A DNA stretch of 64,000 nt from Octopus sinensis (taxonomy: Eukaryota), in contig NC_043006.1 of NCBI RefSeq assembly GCF_006345805.1, positions 10,478,001-10,542,000 of the forward strand, read 5' to 3'. Shown here piece by piece: positions 25,786 to 39,407 of this stretch; within the stretch, counting starts at the first letter, position 1; every line of letters begins with the position of its first letter. Made by a program: the position numbers and the translations under genes. The notes below the pieces were generated by a model. It made no database searches. It saw only the letters and a list, made by a program, of their open reading frames with translations, and had not been told where the DNA came from.

Positions 25786-27284
25786 CTTATATATATGCGT
25801 GTGTGAAGAAGAGGGAGAACGAGGGAGGAGACAGAGTTTTTACATGAATATATATGAAAGAAGTTGACGTTTTTCATGAATCACAGTTTTAGGATATTAT
25901 GAAGGATGTTAATGCGTGTAAATGTGAGACGTTTCAGCAACCATGAGTGCGGCATAGAGTCAAATACCTTCCTATAATCAAGCCATATTTTTTGCAAATC
26001 TGTTACCATGTTCTTTTTGTGGTTGTTGTTGCTGCTGCTGCCGTTGTTGTTGTTGTTGCTTTACTCAGGTTAGTACAACCTTGTTTATCAATCCCTACAC
26101 TCCCTTTTTTCCATCGGCCTTCTCAGCAGTCACTTTATATGTATGCATGCATGTATGTATGAACGTATGTATGTATGTTTGTATGTATGTATGTATGTAT
26201 GTATGTATGTATGTATGCATGCATGTATGTATGTATGTATGTTCGTACGTATGTATGTACATATGAATATGGGTGTGTGTGTATGTATGTATCTATATTT
26301 ATAGTATATTTGTTTCCCGTCCATTAATTCCTGGATTCATTTCAATAGCGCGTGATGTTTGTCATATATCTTTTAACCTAACCTCGCTGTGCCAAAACCT
26401 TGAGTAGACAGAGTCTTTTGGAACATTATCGTAAATATTTTACCCGTATTTCGAAGGAATAACTTAATTGTGTTGATTCGATCTGAGAATTAATTAATTG
26501 AAGGGTTTACGTGTGTGTCACTGTAACTGTCACACCACATGCTAATTTAAAAAGAAATCCAATTTAACGTACAAAATGAACGCTCATCGCGCAACTCGAA
26601 GGCGGATCGTTTTCTAGGCATAGACATCTATCTCAGAAACGCTACCACGCATATACATGCACAGCTATATATAAATACGTATGTGTGTGTATGGGCTCGC
26701 GTGTGTATGTGTGGTGTGCGTGTGTTTCTGTGTATGTGTGCGTGATTGCGTGTACGTATGAATGCTTTTGCGTATAACCATGTGTATGTGTGTGTCTCTA
26801 GGTGCATGCACGTATAGAAAGAGGCCTGAATACTTACTGATATGAATGCGTGTGTATGGTCATGGTTATATTTATTTACGAAGACATAACTCTGTTCCTC
26901 CTTAAACGTGAGAGTTATATAATTAAGTACTGACTTACAAAGATTCCCCACAAAAACAGATTACTTAAGCAAGTGATAGTCATATCGCGACACAATGCCA
27001 ATACAAACATGTAACAACATACTTACCAAAGATTAAACACTTGCTACAGGCACCGAAGCGTAACATTTACAAATCTGACCGTAGCCAAAAAAAAAAAAAA
27101 AATTCTATACAGGACACAAACCCTCAACAATCGAAATCATTTGCCAAAAATCTCCAAATGAATTCAACCAATAAATAAGAAACGGAGCAGACACAAAATC
27201 CATTCGACTCTTCAAAATGAGATTTTGATGGTTTGGAAACGCTAAATACGACTTAGGAATTAATTATAAATTAATAGATAGATA

Positions 27285-27662
27285 GTGGAGGCGCAATGGC
27301 CCAGTGGTTAGGGGCAGCGGACTCGCGGTCATAGGATCGCGGTTTCGATTCCCAGACCGGGCGTTGTGAGTGTTTATTGAGCGAAAACACCTAAAAAAGC
27401 TCCACGTGCTCCGGCAGGGATGTTGATCCCTGCTGTACTCTTTCACCACAACTTTCTCACTCTTACTTCCTGTTTTTCTGTTGTACCTGTACTTCAAAGG
27501 GCCGGCCTCGTCACTCTCTGTGTCACGCTGAATATCCCCGGACTACGTTAAGGTACACGTGTCTGTGGAGTGCTCAGCCACTTACACGTTAATTTCACGA
27601 GCAGGCTGTTCCGTTGATTCGGATCAACCGGAACCCTCGTCGTCGTAACCGACGGAGTGCTT
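27285..27662 (+). mobile_element. SINE family A, full length
   Basis: Aligns to the reverse complement of 4671-5050. Flanking AATAGATAGATA at 27273-27284 and 27670-27681. Confidence 0.9.
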
Positions 27663-27688
27663 CCCCATGAATAGATAGATAAATGTGT

Positions 27689-27788
27689 NNNNNNNNNNNN
27701 NNNNNNNNNNNNNNNNNNNNNNNNNNNNNNNNNNNNNNNNNNNNNNNNNNNNNNNNNNNNNNNNNNNNNNNNNNNNNNNNNNNNNNNN
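27689..27788. other. Assembly gap (100 N)
   Basis: Run of N. Confidence 1.
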
Positions 27789-28065
27789 GAGTAGTCAGAA
27801 ATTTAATCTCCTCAACGGTGTTGAAACAACAAGAGGAAATAAAGTAAATTAAAATAACAGACATTCGCGTGAAAGCAAAAAAAGTGAAAAAAAAAAAAAA
27901 GAAAAATCTCGAACAAAAACAAGAATTGTAAATAAATTGTTAGGACTTGAAATAAGAAGTTTTATTTATTTTATTTTACTTCTTTATATTCACGAAGTTG
28001 AAGTAAATTACACTGAAGTGGACAGATGAAATGTCAAGTGACAATTGGTACTTGGCATTTTGCAG

Positions 28066-28243
28066 AGTCGGACATGATTTGTTAACTAGATTGGCTTCTG
28101 TAAACTTCTTGCTGGAATGCGCTTCCAAGCAAGAAATTGGCCTCTGTCAATTAGAAACTGAATTAGACGCCAACGAACGAATGATAAGGCATCTTTTATC
28201 ATCCACCTACACAGAATTCTCAGGATACAACGTCCACGTATAA
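28066..28243 (+). CDS. Candidate terminal coding exon, unknown protein
   Basis: Acceptor-like TTGGCATTTTGCAG at 28052-28065, then a non-repetitive open frame VGHDLLTRLASVNFLLECASKQEIGLCQLETELDANERMIRHLLSSTYTEFSGYNVHV*. No homology recognised. Confidence 0.25.
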
Positions 28244-29383
28244 GAAACCATACATAATAGCATTCATAAGTATATTCCCAAATATAATCTCACAAGCAAT
28301 TATTTCACACGCTTATGCCTACCTTGCTTATACATATACTGTAGAGCAAGTTTCAGCATACATCATACATATGTGTAAAAGTATATATGTATGTGTGTAT
28401 GTGTGTGTGTATGTGTGTGTGTATGTGCGTGTGTGTGTGTGTGTATGTGCGTGTGTGTGTGTGTGTATGTGTGTGTGTGTGCATATATATTCAGCAGCAC
28501 ATTTTCCTTTATATTTTTTCCTGCGTGGAAACACCACTCCCTCTATTGTTATATGTGCATATATATATATACATTCATTATGTGTGTGTGTATGTGTGTG
28601 TGCGTGGTGTGTGCGTGTGTGTGTGTGTGTGGTGTGTGTGTGTGTGCGTGTGTGTGTGTATGCGAAGTCTGCTTAAAGGCCATAGAGCAACAGGGAATGG
28701 TGCTACAGAAACAAATCTACACCACACATCAAATTGACATTTAATCTCCTCCACCGAAATAGCTCCATTTTGAAGACACATTTTATCCAGCATAGTTTCT
28801 ATTGTGGGAAGCAATCCTGAAATTCCTTTTGCGGACTAGCGACCAGCGTATGTATATATATGCATGTATATATATGTTGGTATGTATCTATATCTGGAAG
28901 TGCTTGGTGTAGTAGTTATGGTGTTACATATGCGATCGGAAGATCACAGCTTCGATCGTTTAGCAATAAACTTAAATTCACGTAACTTCAGTTGACTCAC
29001 CTGTAAATAGGTAATCCTGTGTTAGAGTGGCTACCTGCTCAGCGAGCAATGTTATCTTGCCCACCACAGAATCGCATGTTTGCAGCATTGTTTAGAAACA
29101 GTGTGATGCAGTCATGATATTGTATGTATGTATGTATGCATGTATGTATGTGTATATGTGCATATGTACGTGTGTTTGTACATTAAATTTATGTTTTAAA
29201 AAATTAAATATGAAACATGAAACCTATATATAACAGAGCGTACATAGATAGGTACAGAAATGTAAGACTATATATACATATACACACCACATGTATATAA
29301 ACACACAGACACACTATATAAATATATATGTATATATATAGTGAATACAATGGAAAAAGTTCAGATCAGGCAGAGATTTCTTC

Positions 29384-29398
29384 GAAGAAGAAGAAGAA

Positions 29399-29481
<83 letters not shown>

Positions 29482-29502
29482 AAAGAAGAAGAAGAAAGAA
29501 GA

Positions 29503-29533
<31 letters not shown>

Positions 29534-29580
29534 AAATGAGGAGGAGGAGGAGGAGGATGAGGAGGTAGAGGAGGAGGAAA
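29384..29580. repeat. (GAA)n/(GAG)n microsatellite
   Basis: Direct inspection. Confidence 0.97.
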
Positions 29581-29610
29581 GACAACAACAAGAGCACTGA
29601 GATAGCGCAA

Positions 29611-29960
29611 ACCTCCACCAAAGCAACACCAACGTCCTTCCAACGATTAGCCAGAGGTGATTTCTAAAATGAGAATATCTGAAATATACTCGACTGCTCT
29701 CACAACGGAGAATACTAAAAATAAACCCGACCGCTCTCAAAAATTAAGTAAAAAAACAGGTAAAATATTCCAGAATTCTCAATGTGCACCGAATCAATTC
29801 CAAAATACAATCGGTTTGTGCAAGTCACGAGGCCAAACATCCCTGAATGTTTCATCCGAGTCTATCCTGCGGCTCTTGAAATATCTTGGCCGCGGGCAAA
29901 CGAACAAAGAAACACGACAGAAAACTATATCTCCGCCTTCGCTAAGGCGGAGGTAATAAT
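29611..29960 (+). mobile_element. Possible Helentron-associated (HINE/DINE-1-like) non-autonomous element
   Basis: 3' hairpin CTCCGCC-TTCGCTAA-GGCGGAG (29931-29952) followed by GTAATAAT. 5' ACCTCCACC (29611) is near-complementary to the terminal GGCGGAGGT. Confidence 0.45.
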
Positions 29961-30065
29961 CCGACTAATAACAAGATGGACTTAGATAAAGTAAGAGGCG
30001 CTCTCCGCAGACTGATGGAAGAATGAGCTTCACATGAAGAAATAAATAGTACGACACACACTACC

Positions 30066-30312
30066 ACATTTATATCACAATGAGATCAGGTCATAAAGAA
30101 GATCAGTCGATATAGTTTCTAGGTATGTACATATATGTATGTATATATGCATATATTTACATATTATTTATATTATACACACACACACTCCCACATTTAT
30201 ATCACAATGGGATCAGGTCTTGAAGAAGATCAGTCGATATAGTTTTTAGGTATGTACATATATGTATGTATATATGCATATATTTACATATTATTTATAT
30301 TATACACACACA
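30066..30312 (+). repeat. Two-unit tandem duplication (~127 bp)
   Basis: CACATTTATATCACAATG...TTATACACACAC occurs at ~30066 and ~30192. Confidence 0.9.
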
Positions 30313-30375
30313 CACGCACACACACACACATACACACACATGGATTATATATATATAATATATATATATATATAT

Positions 30376-30428
<53 letters not shown>

Positions 30429-30430
<2 letters not shown>

Positions 30431-30640
30431 TCACGACGCCATGATAGATCGTTAGCTCCTACACGCATTTTTCCTCTCCTTGTTTCTCTCCGTGTTTCTT
30501 TTCTGTGTTCCTTTCTGTCGAAGAGCGTAGGCTCGAAACGTAAAAGACCTTTTCTATTGCTGAGCGCTATACTAATACATTTGTTTGTTTGTACTCCACC
30601 TGCCTTCGTCTTTTGTTTATTTTCGTAAACTTTCCCTTTA
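30429..30640 (+). mobile_element. Family H2 short element in (TA)n
   Basis: Aligns with 20174-20385. Core CTGTCGA-A-GAGC-GTAG-GCTC-GAAA-CG-TA at 30515-30542. Confidence 0.6.
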
Positions 30641-30939
30641 CATATATATATATATATATATTTACACCAATTATAATTTATTAATTCATTACAAAAAGGG
30701 TGAATCTCATCTTAGAGCTGTTTCTGTTGGCGCGAATACCAGGACTAACCACCACGATAATAATAATTTGCTATTATTGTAATTATTTATACCAATAGCG
30801 GAACTTCATCAGAGCGGAAAATAAAAAAAAATCAAAGTAAAAAGACACACGCATACACAGACATGCACATACACATACCCGCATGCACACACACACACCA
30901 CCCTGACCAACGCAACACACGCGCACAAATACGCACACA

Positions 30940-30979
<40 letters not shown>

Positions 30980-31147
30980 GACGTCCACTCACGCTCTAAC
31001 ATACATACGCACGCAAGCAGGTGTGCACAGACATGCGCTCACATACGTAGAAACGCACGCACACACACAAATAGAACGGAAACTGAAAAAAAACACTGTG
31101 TGTGCGAGTGTGTATGTGTTTGTGTGTGCGTGCGTCTGTGTGCTCAT

Positions 31148-31352
31148 GTCTGTTTGTCCTCCACCACCGCTTGACAACGGTGTTGATTTGTTTGTCTCTG
31201 TAACGTAGCGTTTCGGGAGAGTGAGATCGACAGAATAAGTACCAGGCTAGCAAAACCATAAGTACTGGGGTAGAGTCATTCGACTAAATATTCTCCAAGG
31301 TGGTGCTGCAGCATGGCCACAGTCTAATGACTGCAACAGATATAAGATAAAA
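31148..31352 (+). mobile_element. SINE family B, degenerate 3' half
   Basis: CGCTTGACAAC, CAGAATAAGTAC and GCAGCATGGCCACAGTC match the family B 3' region. Confidence 0.7.
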
Positions 31353-31475
31353 GATATTTACATATCACTTCATTATTAATTTTTTTATGCGTGCCCGCGG
31401 GTGCATGAGTATGCATTAATGCAAGTCTGTGTATATGTTTGCGAGTATTTAGGCGTTTATATATATATATACATT

Positions 31476-31540
<65 letters not shown>

Positions 31541-31748
31541 TATATGGGTAGGAAGGGGGGGGGGGGGGAGAATATATATATATTATATATATATATATAT
31601 ATAACTATTTGAGTAGTTGAATGAATTATCTTGTTATGGATAATCGGTTAACCGATACCTGGGTAGCAAATTCACATCAGAGAAGACACGTTTGAAGTTA
31701 CGTGCTTTCGTGTGAAATTTGTATGTTTTTTTTTTTTAAATATAAATA

Positions 31749-31885
31749 TATGAAAGAATGGAGTTGAACGACGAATTAACAAAATTCCTTTATTTTCGAC
31801 ATATGTTTCGAAGGCTTCATATGCTGCCTTCGAAACATATGTCGAAAACAAAGGAATTTTGTTAATTCGTCGCTCACCTCCATTG

Positions 31886-31892
<7 letters not shown>
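31749..31892. repeat. ~144-bp palindrome containing hammerhead 3' halves
   Basis: Arms 31749-31815 and 31826-31892 with 4 substitutions and spacer TTCATATGCT. Each arm reads GCCTTC-GAAA-CATATG-TC-GAAAA outward. Confidence 0.92.
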
Positions 31893-31945
<53 letters not shown>

Positions 31946-32517
31946 TATGTGTGTACACGTGTGTATATTCGAAAAGTATGTGACATTCATATGAAGAATA
32001 GTGTATATGTATGCGTGTACGTAAAGATATAAATAATATATGCGCATTAAGGTGGAGTGTTTTTTCACAATTTTCAATTTCGTGATGGTGTAGGGCAGAA
32101 ACGTTGTTAATGAACTTCAAAACCGGTGTAAAATCTTTGAACACCTCGACAATTACTTCTGTCTCCAGAAATGCATCGTTAAATGAAAAAAGTGAAGAAA
32201 AAAAAACGCCTCTATATATTTATTTATTAGCTATAAAATATATTTTTTCATGGTAGCTTCTTCGTGGTATCTTTTAAACGACTGTGATGAGATTACTCTA
32301 AAATATACGATTTAAAGGGGTTTCTTTTTTACTTTTTTCTGTGACTGCATCTTCTGACTCCAGATGGAGGGACACGTGGGTGTGCTATATTTTACACCCA
32401 CATTAAACATTTTCTCAATTCGATAAATTACAATAGCTACGATATTTTACACATTAAAAAACATGTTAAGTCTGTGTGTATACATACATACTTACATATA
32501 TATATATATATATATAA

Positions 32518-32582
<65 letters not shown>

Positions 32583-32630
32583 ACACACACACACACATAT
32601 ATATGTATATATACATATGTATACATATGT

Positions 32631-32666
<36 letters not shown>

Positions 32667-32670
32667 GTGT

Positions 32671-32732
<62 letters not shown>

Positions 32733-33162
32733 ATATTCGCTCCTCTCGGCGAATGTTTGGAAGTAGGTAGCTGTAGAACGATAGCTCTCCTTCTTCGTCA
32801 TAGAAAGCGAATCCAAGCGAGAGTAAAAGCGTTGTCAATATGTCTGCCTGTGTCTTTCATTATTTTTACTCTCTGGTAAATATGTCCAGTGATGTTATGT
32901 AAATGAAAAGTCAAAATTGTCAATTCCGTGAAGAAGTCGTCGCTCTTCTTTTGTTCTTTTCAATTTATTGTTAGCTGCAACAACGACTGTGGTTGTCATA
33001 GTGTTGGTATTGTTGGATGCTGTCGCTGGCGGTGGTCGTGGCGATGTAGGCAGCAGCGGTGGTGATGAGGTAATTGACGTCGGCACTTGTGTTATCTGTG
33101 CTTAGTGATAGGAATTGTGGTATTGGTGATAGTATCGGTGGTATTTGTGTTGATATGAGAAA

Positions 33163-33392
33163 GGCGGCGAGCTGGCAGAAACGTTATCACGCCGGGTGAA
33201 ATGCTTAACCGTATTTCGTCTGCCGTTACGTTCTGAGTTCAAATTCCGTCGAGGTCGACTTTGCCATTCATCCTTTCGGGGTCGATAAATTAAGTACCAG
33301 TTACGCACTGGGGTCAATATAATCGACTTAATCCGTTTGTCTGTCCTTGTCTGTCCTCTCTGTGTTTAGCCCCTTGTGGGCAATAAAGAAAT
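33163..33392 (+). mobile_element. tRNA-derived CORE-like SINE, family C
   Basis: GGCGGCGAGCTGGCAGAA head, B box GAGTTCAAATTCC, CORE-like ACTTTGCCATTCATCCTTTCGGGGTCGATAAATTAAGTACCAG. Copies at 39408, 50478, 60929 and 61113. Confidence 0.9.
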
Positions 33393-34007
33393 ATATATTT
33401 TGTATTGATGTGTGGTACTGGTGTCGGCATGAGTGTTGATGCTGCAAGTGAAGTTCCTACTGGTGGTGGTGGTGGTGGTGGTGGTGGTGGTGGTGGTGGT
33501 ATTAGTGATGCGGTTAGTGGCGTTGATGGGGCGTTGCTATCAGTGATAGTGATGTTGTTGATCTTTGTGTTCGTACTTTTAGTAGTGATGGTGTTAGTAT
33601 CGTCGCTGATGGAGGTGGTGATGTTAATGGAAACATTGGTGGTACTGGTGGCGCTGGTGTAAGAAGTTGTGGTAGATTTGCTGTTGTTATTGTTGTTGGT
33701 GGTGGTGGTGGTGGTAATCGTCGTGGTCGTCGTGGTGGTTATATTTGTAGTAGTGGTGGTGGCGGCGGCGGCGGCGGTGGTGGTGGTAGTGGTGGTAGTG
33801 GTAGTGTTGGTGGTGGTAGTGTTGGTGTTGGTGATGGATTTGGTGGTATTGGAGGCTGATGTGGTGCCGGTGTATTAGCGACGTTGTTGATGTACATGGT
33901 AGCGGAGGTGTTCGCAATGGTGCGGGAACTAGTGTTAGTGATAACATTGGCGTCAATGGTTGTGAGTGTGGTGATGTTTCTGCTGTTGCTTTTGTTGCTG
34001 TTGCTGC

Positions 34008-34328
34008 TGTGGAGAAGTCCGAAACGCGGTCCTTTGCTATTCGTAAGACCGCAGAAGAGAAAGCAGGTCAACCCCCGACACCGAGAGCATCGACGGATGG
34101 ATGAATGCGCATCCATGCTCAGCAGTTGCGTAGGAAGTCGGGGACAAGAAACAGGAAGAAAGAGTGAGAGAATGTTGTAGTGAAAGAGTACAACAGGGGT
34201 CGCCACCACCCCCTGCCGGAACCTCGTGGAGCTTTAGGTGCTTTCGCTAAATAAACACACACAACGCCCGGTCTGGGAATCGAAACCACGAGTCAGCTGC
34301 CCTAACCATTGGGCCATTGCGCCTCCAC
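34008..34328 (-). mobile_element. SINE family A head/body with an alternative 3' tail
   Basis: 34147-34328 aligns with family A. 34008-34145 is unrelated to the usual family A tail and has a GCGGTC/GACCGC stem-loop. Confidence 0.75.
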
Positions 34329-35189
34329 TTGTTGTTGTTGTTGTTGGTCCTGGTGGCGGTGATTGCGGCCTTCGTGTTAGCAATGATGATGGTGGTCGTG
34401 GTCGTTATAGTAGTGATGGTGGTGGTGGCGGCGGCGGTGGTGGTGGTGGTGTTGGTGCTGGTGACGGTAGTGGTGGTGGTGGTGGTGGCTGTTGTGGTGG
34501 TGGTGTGTTGTTAGCGACTTTGTTGATGTACATGGTAGCGGAGGTGTTCACAGGAACTAGCGGTAGTGATAACATTGTCATCATTGGTTGTGAGTTTGGT
34601 GGTATTGCTGCTGGTGTAAGTGGTGATGGTAGAGTGGGTATTTGTGTTGGTATTGGATGTAGTATTGCAGATGATGCTGGTAATTCTTGCGGTGCTAATT
34701 GTAGTGATATTGTTATCACAATAGATAACAGAGTAGAAGATGCAGAATGTCTATGAGATTGTCATAACCATATTACTGGAATGACTTTAATCCTAGATCT
34801 ACACAATCAGATCATCGATAAATTTATGCAACAAGAATACTCGACAACCAGTGTCAATAATCTGCAGAAATCCTATTTTCCATTATCACATGTGCCTAAC
34901 AAAATACATAAACATGGAAACACGAGGTAGTACTAAACGTTTTAATTTGTTCCCGCGTAAAGTTTTCATCTCCTGAATCCTGAACCCTGTTTCGATTCTC
35001 ACTAGGAAGCAACTTTATGAACGACACTAAAATGATGAAATTGCGATCATCTTAGAAAACTCACAAATTTTCTCTTTCAAATTCTTGAATGCCTTAACAT
35101 TTTCTGTCTAAACCTTATTGGTTACTGGCTTCTAGATTAGAAATCATTATATTTGAAACTGTACAAAAATAATGTACGGTTCTTCTATT

Positions 35190-35462
35190 GGTTGTTATTG
35201 TTGTTATGGTTGTTGTTGTTGTTGTTCTTGTTGTTCTTGTTCTTCTTCTTCTTCTCTTCTTCTTCTTCTTCTTCTTCTTCTTCTTCTTCTACTTCTTCGT
35301 TTTCTTCCACTTCTCCTTCTCCTTCTCCTCCCCCTTCATCTCTTTTTCTTCTTCTTCTTCTATCCCCCTCCCCCTCCTCCTCCTTCTTCTTCTTCTTCTT
35401 CTCCTCCTCATCCTTCTTCTTCTTCTTCTTCTTCTTCTTCTTCTTCTTCTTCTCTTCTTCTT
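35190..35462. repeat. (GTT)n/(TTC)n microsatellite
   Basis: Direct inspection. Confidence 0.97.
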
Positions 35463-35744
35463 GACTTTGACCGAGATCCCTTCTGATAAAGTATGGTTCC
35501 CGCTATGAAACATACTGTCATTTTTCTCTCCACTGTAGAGCTAATGAAGATTTAGTTGGTTGTTTTCTAGGCGGAAAAGTAATGGCAAACAGGGTCTGTT
35601 TCTCACTAGACAAGAGTCAATTCACACTTGTGATAATTTATTGTTTGCATTGTACATTAAAAAAAAAATTTGATTATTTGCTTTGTACATTTTTTGCCAT
35701 TGATAAGTTTTTTCTTGTTTAATTATTTCTGTTAATTTAAGTCG

Positions 35745-36410
35745 ACAAGCTGGCATTTCGTCAGTCTTCCCAATCTGAGTTCAAATTCCATCGAATTTCA
35801 CTTTACCTTTCAGTTTTCCGGTGTCGATAACAATAGTGCCAACGAAGTACTGGTAACGGTAAAATTACCTTCTCGAGTCATACTGACTCATAAGGACCGG
35901 TTTCTCAGTTTCATTGTGTATATAATCCTCAGAGATCCGATTCTGGTCCGTCACAGGATTACTCATGTTTGCCAGATGAGTAGACTCGAGCATCGTGAAA
36001 TTAAGTGTTTTGGTCAGGAATAAAACGCGTCGACCGGTCCAGGAATCGAAACCACAATCTTATAATCATGAGTCCAACACCCTGGCCACTAAGCCACACG
36101 CTTCTACTATCAAGTACTGGGGACGAGGTAATCGACTTCCCTCCCCTCTAGAACTGGAGGTCCTCTTCTAAAATTTGAAACCATTATTAGTGGTCCTTTA
36201 TGGCAGCAACCTGGCGGAATCGTTAGTACGCCGCGCAAAATCTTTAGCGTCATTTCGCCCGTCTTTGCGTTCAGACTGAAAAAGTCAACCGACGTTAACT
36301 TTGCCTTTCATACTTTGGGCTTCGATCTAATAGGTACTACTGGGGTTGATATAATCGACTTGTGTGCTCTTCCAAAATATTAGGTCATGTACATATAGTA
36401 GAAAAGATTA
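35745..36410. mobile_element. Cluster of degenerate SINE fragments (C plus, D minus, C plus)
   Basis: 35745-35860 and 36195-36410 resemble family C. 35960-36100 is the reverse complement of the family D head and core. Confidence 0.6.
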
Positions 36411-37571
36411 TTGCTGTTCTGAATGCTACAGATATCTTAGGAGTGCCACACAGACAGACAATCTGTTAACAGTTGGAAATATGAGCAAGGTAAAGTATTG
36501 CATATTATGCTGTGTCTGGGGAGAGTAATTTTCTTTTTGTGCCTTATAATGTAACACACTCACCGGTAAAATTTCCACTTTTTCTTATTTTTATTTTTCT
36601 AAAATTTGTGTTGCGTCTTGCAACCTCTTCAATAGCTTTGACTTTGTCCGTTATTTACACCGCGTTCCCTTTTGTTTGTTTGTGCGCATATTACTCATGA
36701 CGTTAAGAGGGCAACTGCACACATAGTTTTCACTATAACATGATGGAATTATCATCCTGGCAATATATTAAAAAGTATCAAATCTCAGATTTATTCTTCC
36801 ATAATAAGTAACAGAAATAAAGTTTAGTTGGTGGCCAACGGCGGAGAAAGCGCCATCAGCGTGGTACGAAATCAGGATTTTTGATATGATTACTATCTCT
36901 GCATAAAATTATTATTGGGAAAGGCTTTTTTAATCAAGCAATTATGTCTTTAAGCCGTTTAATCTAATATAATAAGCAGTTTATATCTTTGGGAACAACA
37001 TGCAGTTTTATGATAAATAGCTCTTATTAATGAAACCTCTATATCCCATTACCAGTAAAATGACTGCTATTAAATATCGTTAAAACATGATCTCTCTGTA
37101 ACCTATAAGGTCTTGAGAGCGGAAAATCGACTGAAATTTAAACAGCATTAAAAATTAACATATTATTTTTTTTCTAAAGCCTTTAATTGCGTCAATATAT
37201 AAATAAAAACTACAAAAATGTTAAATTGTTCGTAAAATATATTAGTAGATTGCTTATACGTGATGTGGGTTATTGGAATGTGTAAAATTTGTTGGAATTA
37301 TGCTCAAGATCTATCACAGTTGATGTGCTAGTGAATTTATTTTACTTTTATTCTTAATTATCTATCACTTGATTTATTCAAATGGCTCTACTGTCAAGTG
37401 CAATTATTTTTGCTTAACTCGATTCACAAGGTCAAAATTTCTACTAATCAATACTCCTAAAGTGTTAATTTAATAAATTTTAATATTCTTCATCGAATTA
37501 TCGAAACCAATATCTTTTCTGTCCTCATCTCATTCTGCCTCTTACACATTCTTCCTCCCACACACTTTCTC

Positions 37572-37625
<54 letters not shown>

Positions 37626-38787
37626 CCTATCTCTCCCTTGCGTTATTCGTTTTGCATTTATAATGTGAAGTGTTTCTTTACTCGTTATGTTTTAACGCGT
37701 TTGCCCTGCTAATTATACGTATAGCATGTTTTGCTCACGTCGTTTTTATTCCTTAATAGTTAATAGGCCACCTTCAAGCATGAATATTCTAATTATCATT
37801 ATAATGATATTAACAAGAGTAGGTGCATTTTTATGTCTACCTGAGATGGTTTCATGTATCCGTTCGTTTGAACAAAATGAAGGATCTGAATGCGATATAA
37901 AGGGTGGTGGAATGCAGTAAAATTAAGATAAGATTTGTTGAATCCCGTCCCACACCCGCTTCAGATTTGTGATTTAAAGAATTAGCATCTATTTCAATTT
38001 TATTGCGTATAATTTTTGAATGCATGAAGATTACAGAATCCCGTTTAAAAGCTACAAACATCTGAAAGCATTTGCATGCGTAGGGAATTGTTGAATATAA
38101 TTATACCTGCTATGCGAAGTTAAGTCATATGTATTACGATAAAAAGCAAACTGCGAATGACTGATTCTTTAAGAAAAATCGTCTGGTTGTTTTGTCCTTA
38201 TTGTATCTAATTTATATGTTATTTAATCTTTTTTAAACATACGTACATACATACATACATACATACATATGTATTGTCACAAAGGTCGCCATTCTTACCG
38301 ATGTGAATCTCTCTTTGAAAATTAAAGAGAAGGAGCTAAATACAAACAAGTGCTTCGAAACCTCCAGGTTTTATACAAAAATTACAAATTTACATTTAGA
38401 CCTACAATAATTGGTGCACATGGTTTAGGAGTAAATGCTTAAGCGACAGTTTGGATATGCTAGGGTTTTCCGAAAAAAGAAATCAACCAACAAACTCGTA
38501 CATTACAAACACAATCTGTAAGATGAAACCTAAAATTATGCAAATTTTTTTCTCAAATTTAAGATGAAAAATTCTTGTTTTTATCTACATTCCAAAGATG
38601 CAGGCTTGTATCTTTGTTAGAAGCCAAATCCTTCCTCAGAGGAAGAATCTGAATATATAGTAAAAACATAAGCGAATATAAATGCACACACAAATACATA
38701 TAGACATACCACACACACACACACACACACACAACACACATAATTATATATGTATATATATATATGTATGTATATATGTATATATAT

Positions 38788-38843
<56 letters not shown>

Positions 38844-39407
38844 CATTTGGGTATATACATATATATATATATATGTATTTATATGTATTAGGGGTGTTAT
38901 GAGCATTTATAGAACGCGTATACTATAAAAACTCAACAAACAATTAAAGATGGAGAAGAGAGGGTTCTAAAAGTTTTATGAAATTTTAATCCGTGCATAC
39001 GAGCGTTCAGAACGGTAATATTACCTTGTTAGTATCATGGAAAAATAAAAACGTTAATTTAATTATAATTAGATTAATTATGTATTACCGTTCTCTTCAA
39101 TGCGAAAGATGAATACATAAAAAAGAATACATCAGAAATATAAAATATTGTTACGGAAGACAAAATGGAGTGAGAGTCATATAACATGTTCGGATATTCC
39201 TAATATGATTAAGAAAGATGAAGGATAAAAACATTGCTTATGTACTGTTGAGTTTAGTTGTGTATGGACTATAAATCTTACAATAGTAAGCTTCCAATTT
39301 AGTATGAAAAATAACTTTGGAATCGAAAAGTACCTTAGGAATGAGAACCCAGGTTCGATATTTCCTCAAGCCACCTGATGAAAGCTGGAGGGTATATCAG
39401 CCGAAGT

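Noticed and set aside
34000-34035. GGA-GAAG-TCC-GAAA-CGCG-GTC resembling a hammerhead 3' half
   Set aside because: The upstream heptamer is CTGCTGT, not CTGANGA, and it is antisense to a SINE tail.
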